A stretch of 64,000 bases of DNA from an uncultured Planctomycetota bacterium. GTDB lineage: Bacteria > Planctomycetota > Planctomycetia > Isosphaerales > Isosphaeraceae. Below are positions 62,574-64,000 of the stretch, one piece after another (positions within the stretch are counted from its first letter, which is position 1; the number at the start of each line of letters is the position of its first letter). Position numbers and translations under genes: made by a program. The notes beneath the pieces were generated by a model that was given only the letters and a program-made list of their open reading frames with translations, did no database searches and had not been told where the DNA came from. The stretch covers positions 1,984,001 through 2,048,000 of the forward strand of contig CAWGMQ010000010.1 in the NCBI GenBank assembly GCA_963823665.1, in the 5' to 3' direction.

Positions 62574-63917
62574 CTATTCCGCGCGGAATTTTTGGTTCTT
62601 GAGGGCATCTTCCGGCTTGACGAACTCGTATTCGACCTTTGCGCCTTGCTCAATCTGCCGAGTCCCTTCCAGAACGATCTTGTCTCCCACGCTCAGTCCG
62701 CTCTCGATGACAAAACGGTCCTCCAGCTCGTGCTTGATGGTAATCAGGGTCTGATGCGCCACGTCATCCTTGTCGAGAAGCCAGACGTATCGATTGTCGA
62801 GGATCTCAAACGTCGCCCGCTGTGGAATGACGATCGCATTCTTGAGCTTCCGTTTGATCAGCATGGTGCCGGTCTGACCGTGACGCAAGAGGCCATCTGG
62901 ATTGGGAAAATCCGCGCGGAAGGGGATGTTCCCGGTCTCGTTGTTGAATTGGCCCTCGATCGTGATCTTGATGCCGTCGTGCTTGAACTTGGCGCCGCTG
63001 GCCAGCACGAGCTCGAGTTTTTCCTCCGCCTGATGCTGCGCCCGGTGTTCCATGTATTCGAGGTATTGTCTCTCGGGTACGTTAAAATAAACCCACATTA
63101 CGGCGTTATCGGACAAGGTCGTGAGGATGTCACCCTCCTTGACCAGGCTGCCCTTCTGCTCTTTCAGCGTGTTGACGATGCCGTCGAAACGTGCAGTGAC
63201 CTTGGTAAAGTCGAATTCGGCCTTCGCCAGGTCCGCGTTGGCCTGGGCCCTTGCCAGTTTGGCCTCGTACAGTTTCACCTCATTCAGAGAGACACCTTGT
63301 CTCTGGGCCAACCTCTTGGTGTTATTCAACTCCAGTTGCGCGAGGTCTCTCTCGGCCACCGCGGCGTCCCACCTTGCCTTGTAAAGAGTGGGCACAACCT
63401 CGAAGAGCACGTCGCCCTCTTTCACCGCCTGGCCTTCCTGGAGCTTGATGGGCATGAGATACCCGTCCTCGAGCGCACAGACATCGATGTGATTCCGCGA
63501 GTGGATCTGACAGACAAACGCCTGCGTGATGGTTTCCTCCTTTGCCATCGGGCTGGTGACCGTGATCTGATGGTCCTCGTGGGAGCCCTCCGCGCCTGAG
63601 TGCTTGTGAAAATACTTCTCGTACTGGTTGATGATGCGTGCGGAGAGGGTATCAAGATGCGCGTAAAGCTTGGGAGTATTCAGTGCGGGGATCTCGACAC
63701 GCATCTTGTACAGGCCGAAGACCACGCCGCAGAACACGACGGCGAGCAGCATCAAGATGCCCACCAGCCGTCCCATGATGGACTTATTGGGTTCAGCATT
63801 CTCATTGGGCTCAGCATGATCATTGAGAGGTTGGTCGATGGACGAGCCGTTGAGCGCACTCGATCGATCATCGACCAACGGCTCAGTGACCATGCTGGAC
63901 TGCGTAACCGGATTCAC
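62574..63917 (-). CDS. RND periplasmic adaptor (membrane fusion protein)
   Basis: EGQAVKEGDVLF, VTARFDG, ETGNIPFRADFPNP, AIVIPQRATFE; AGGAG plus GTG start. Confidence 0.92.
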   Translation of the reverse strand: MNPVTQSSMVTEPLVDDRSSALNGSSIDQPLNDHAEPNENAEPNKSIMGRLVGILMLLAVVFCGVVFGLYKMRVEIPALNTPKLYAHLDTLSARIINQYEKYFHKHSGAEGSHEDHQITVTSPMAKEETITQAFVCQIHSRNHIDVCALEDGYLMPIKLQEGQAVKEGDVLFEVVPTLYKARWDAAVAERDLAQLELNNTKRLAQRQGVSLNEVKLYEAKLARAQANADLAKAEFDFTKVTARFDGIVNTLKEQKGSLVKEGDILTTLSDNAVMWVYFNVPERQYLEYMEHRAQHQAEEKLELVLASGAKFKHDGIKITIEGQFNNETGNIPFRADFPNPDGLLRHGQTGTMLIKRKLKNAIVIPQRATFEILDNRYVWLLDKDDVAHQTLITIKHELEDRFVIESGLSVGDKIVLEGTRQIEQGAKVEYEFVKPEDALKNQKFRAE

Positions 63918-64000
63918 TGTAGGGCTCCTGTTCGACGCTTCACGACTCGACTCTTATCCGATCACTTGGGCAAGGACACAAGGTGTGGATTGAAGGGACT

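Overview
GC-rich chromosomal window, most likely from a Planctomycetota genome of the Isosphaeraceae type. This is inferred from the ECF-sigma/Ser-Thr-kinase pairs, the 'EDRxLLA' surface-protein leader, paralogous 'R(M/F)S(V/I)RGLI' LRR proteins and the short SecA paralog. The first ~21 kb is accessory: an MFS transporter, then a ~9.7 kb block bracketed by a 59-bp imperfect direct repeat of the MFS gene. That block holds an LRR protein, a circularly permuted Ser-less ACP-like domain, a tandem series of three paralogous kinase genes (one intact, two decayed), a collapsed 44-codon ECF gene and a broken TA pair. A second ECF-kinase/TPR pair, a DUF433/PIN TA pair and a large repeat surface protein follow. 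The 21-54 kb stretch is mostly housekeeping: sugar epimerases, pilC, gcvTH-PA-PB, a MutS-like ATPase, rhaB, corA, recJ, a ROK kinase, the SecA paralog, an FtsQ-like gene, murB and a MoaD-BNR pair. The last 9 kb is an RND efflux locus with a duplicated permease and an IS630 scar. Many single-base frameshifts fall in conserved genes and are probably assembly errors. Large deletions, nonsense codons and lost start codons are confined to accessory modules and look like real decay. No rRNA, tRNA or CRISPR array was seen. No complete new system is demonstrable from the sequence alone. The best leads are the MFS-anchored island with its kinase-cassette series, the permuted ACP-like protein, and the loss of the toxin in all three TA loci.
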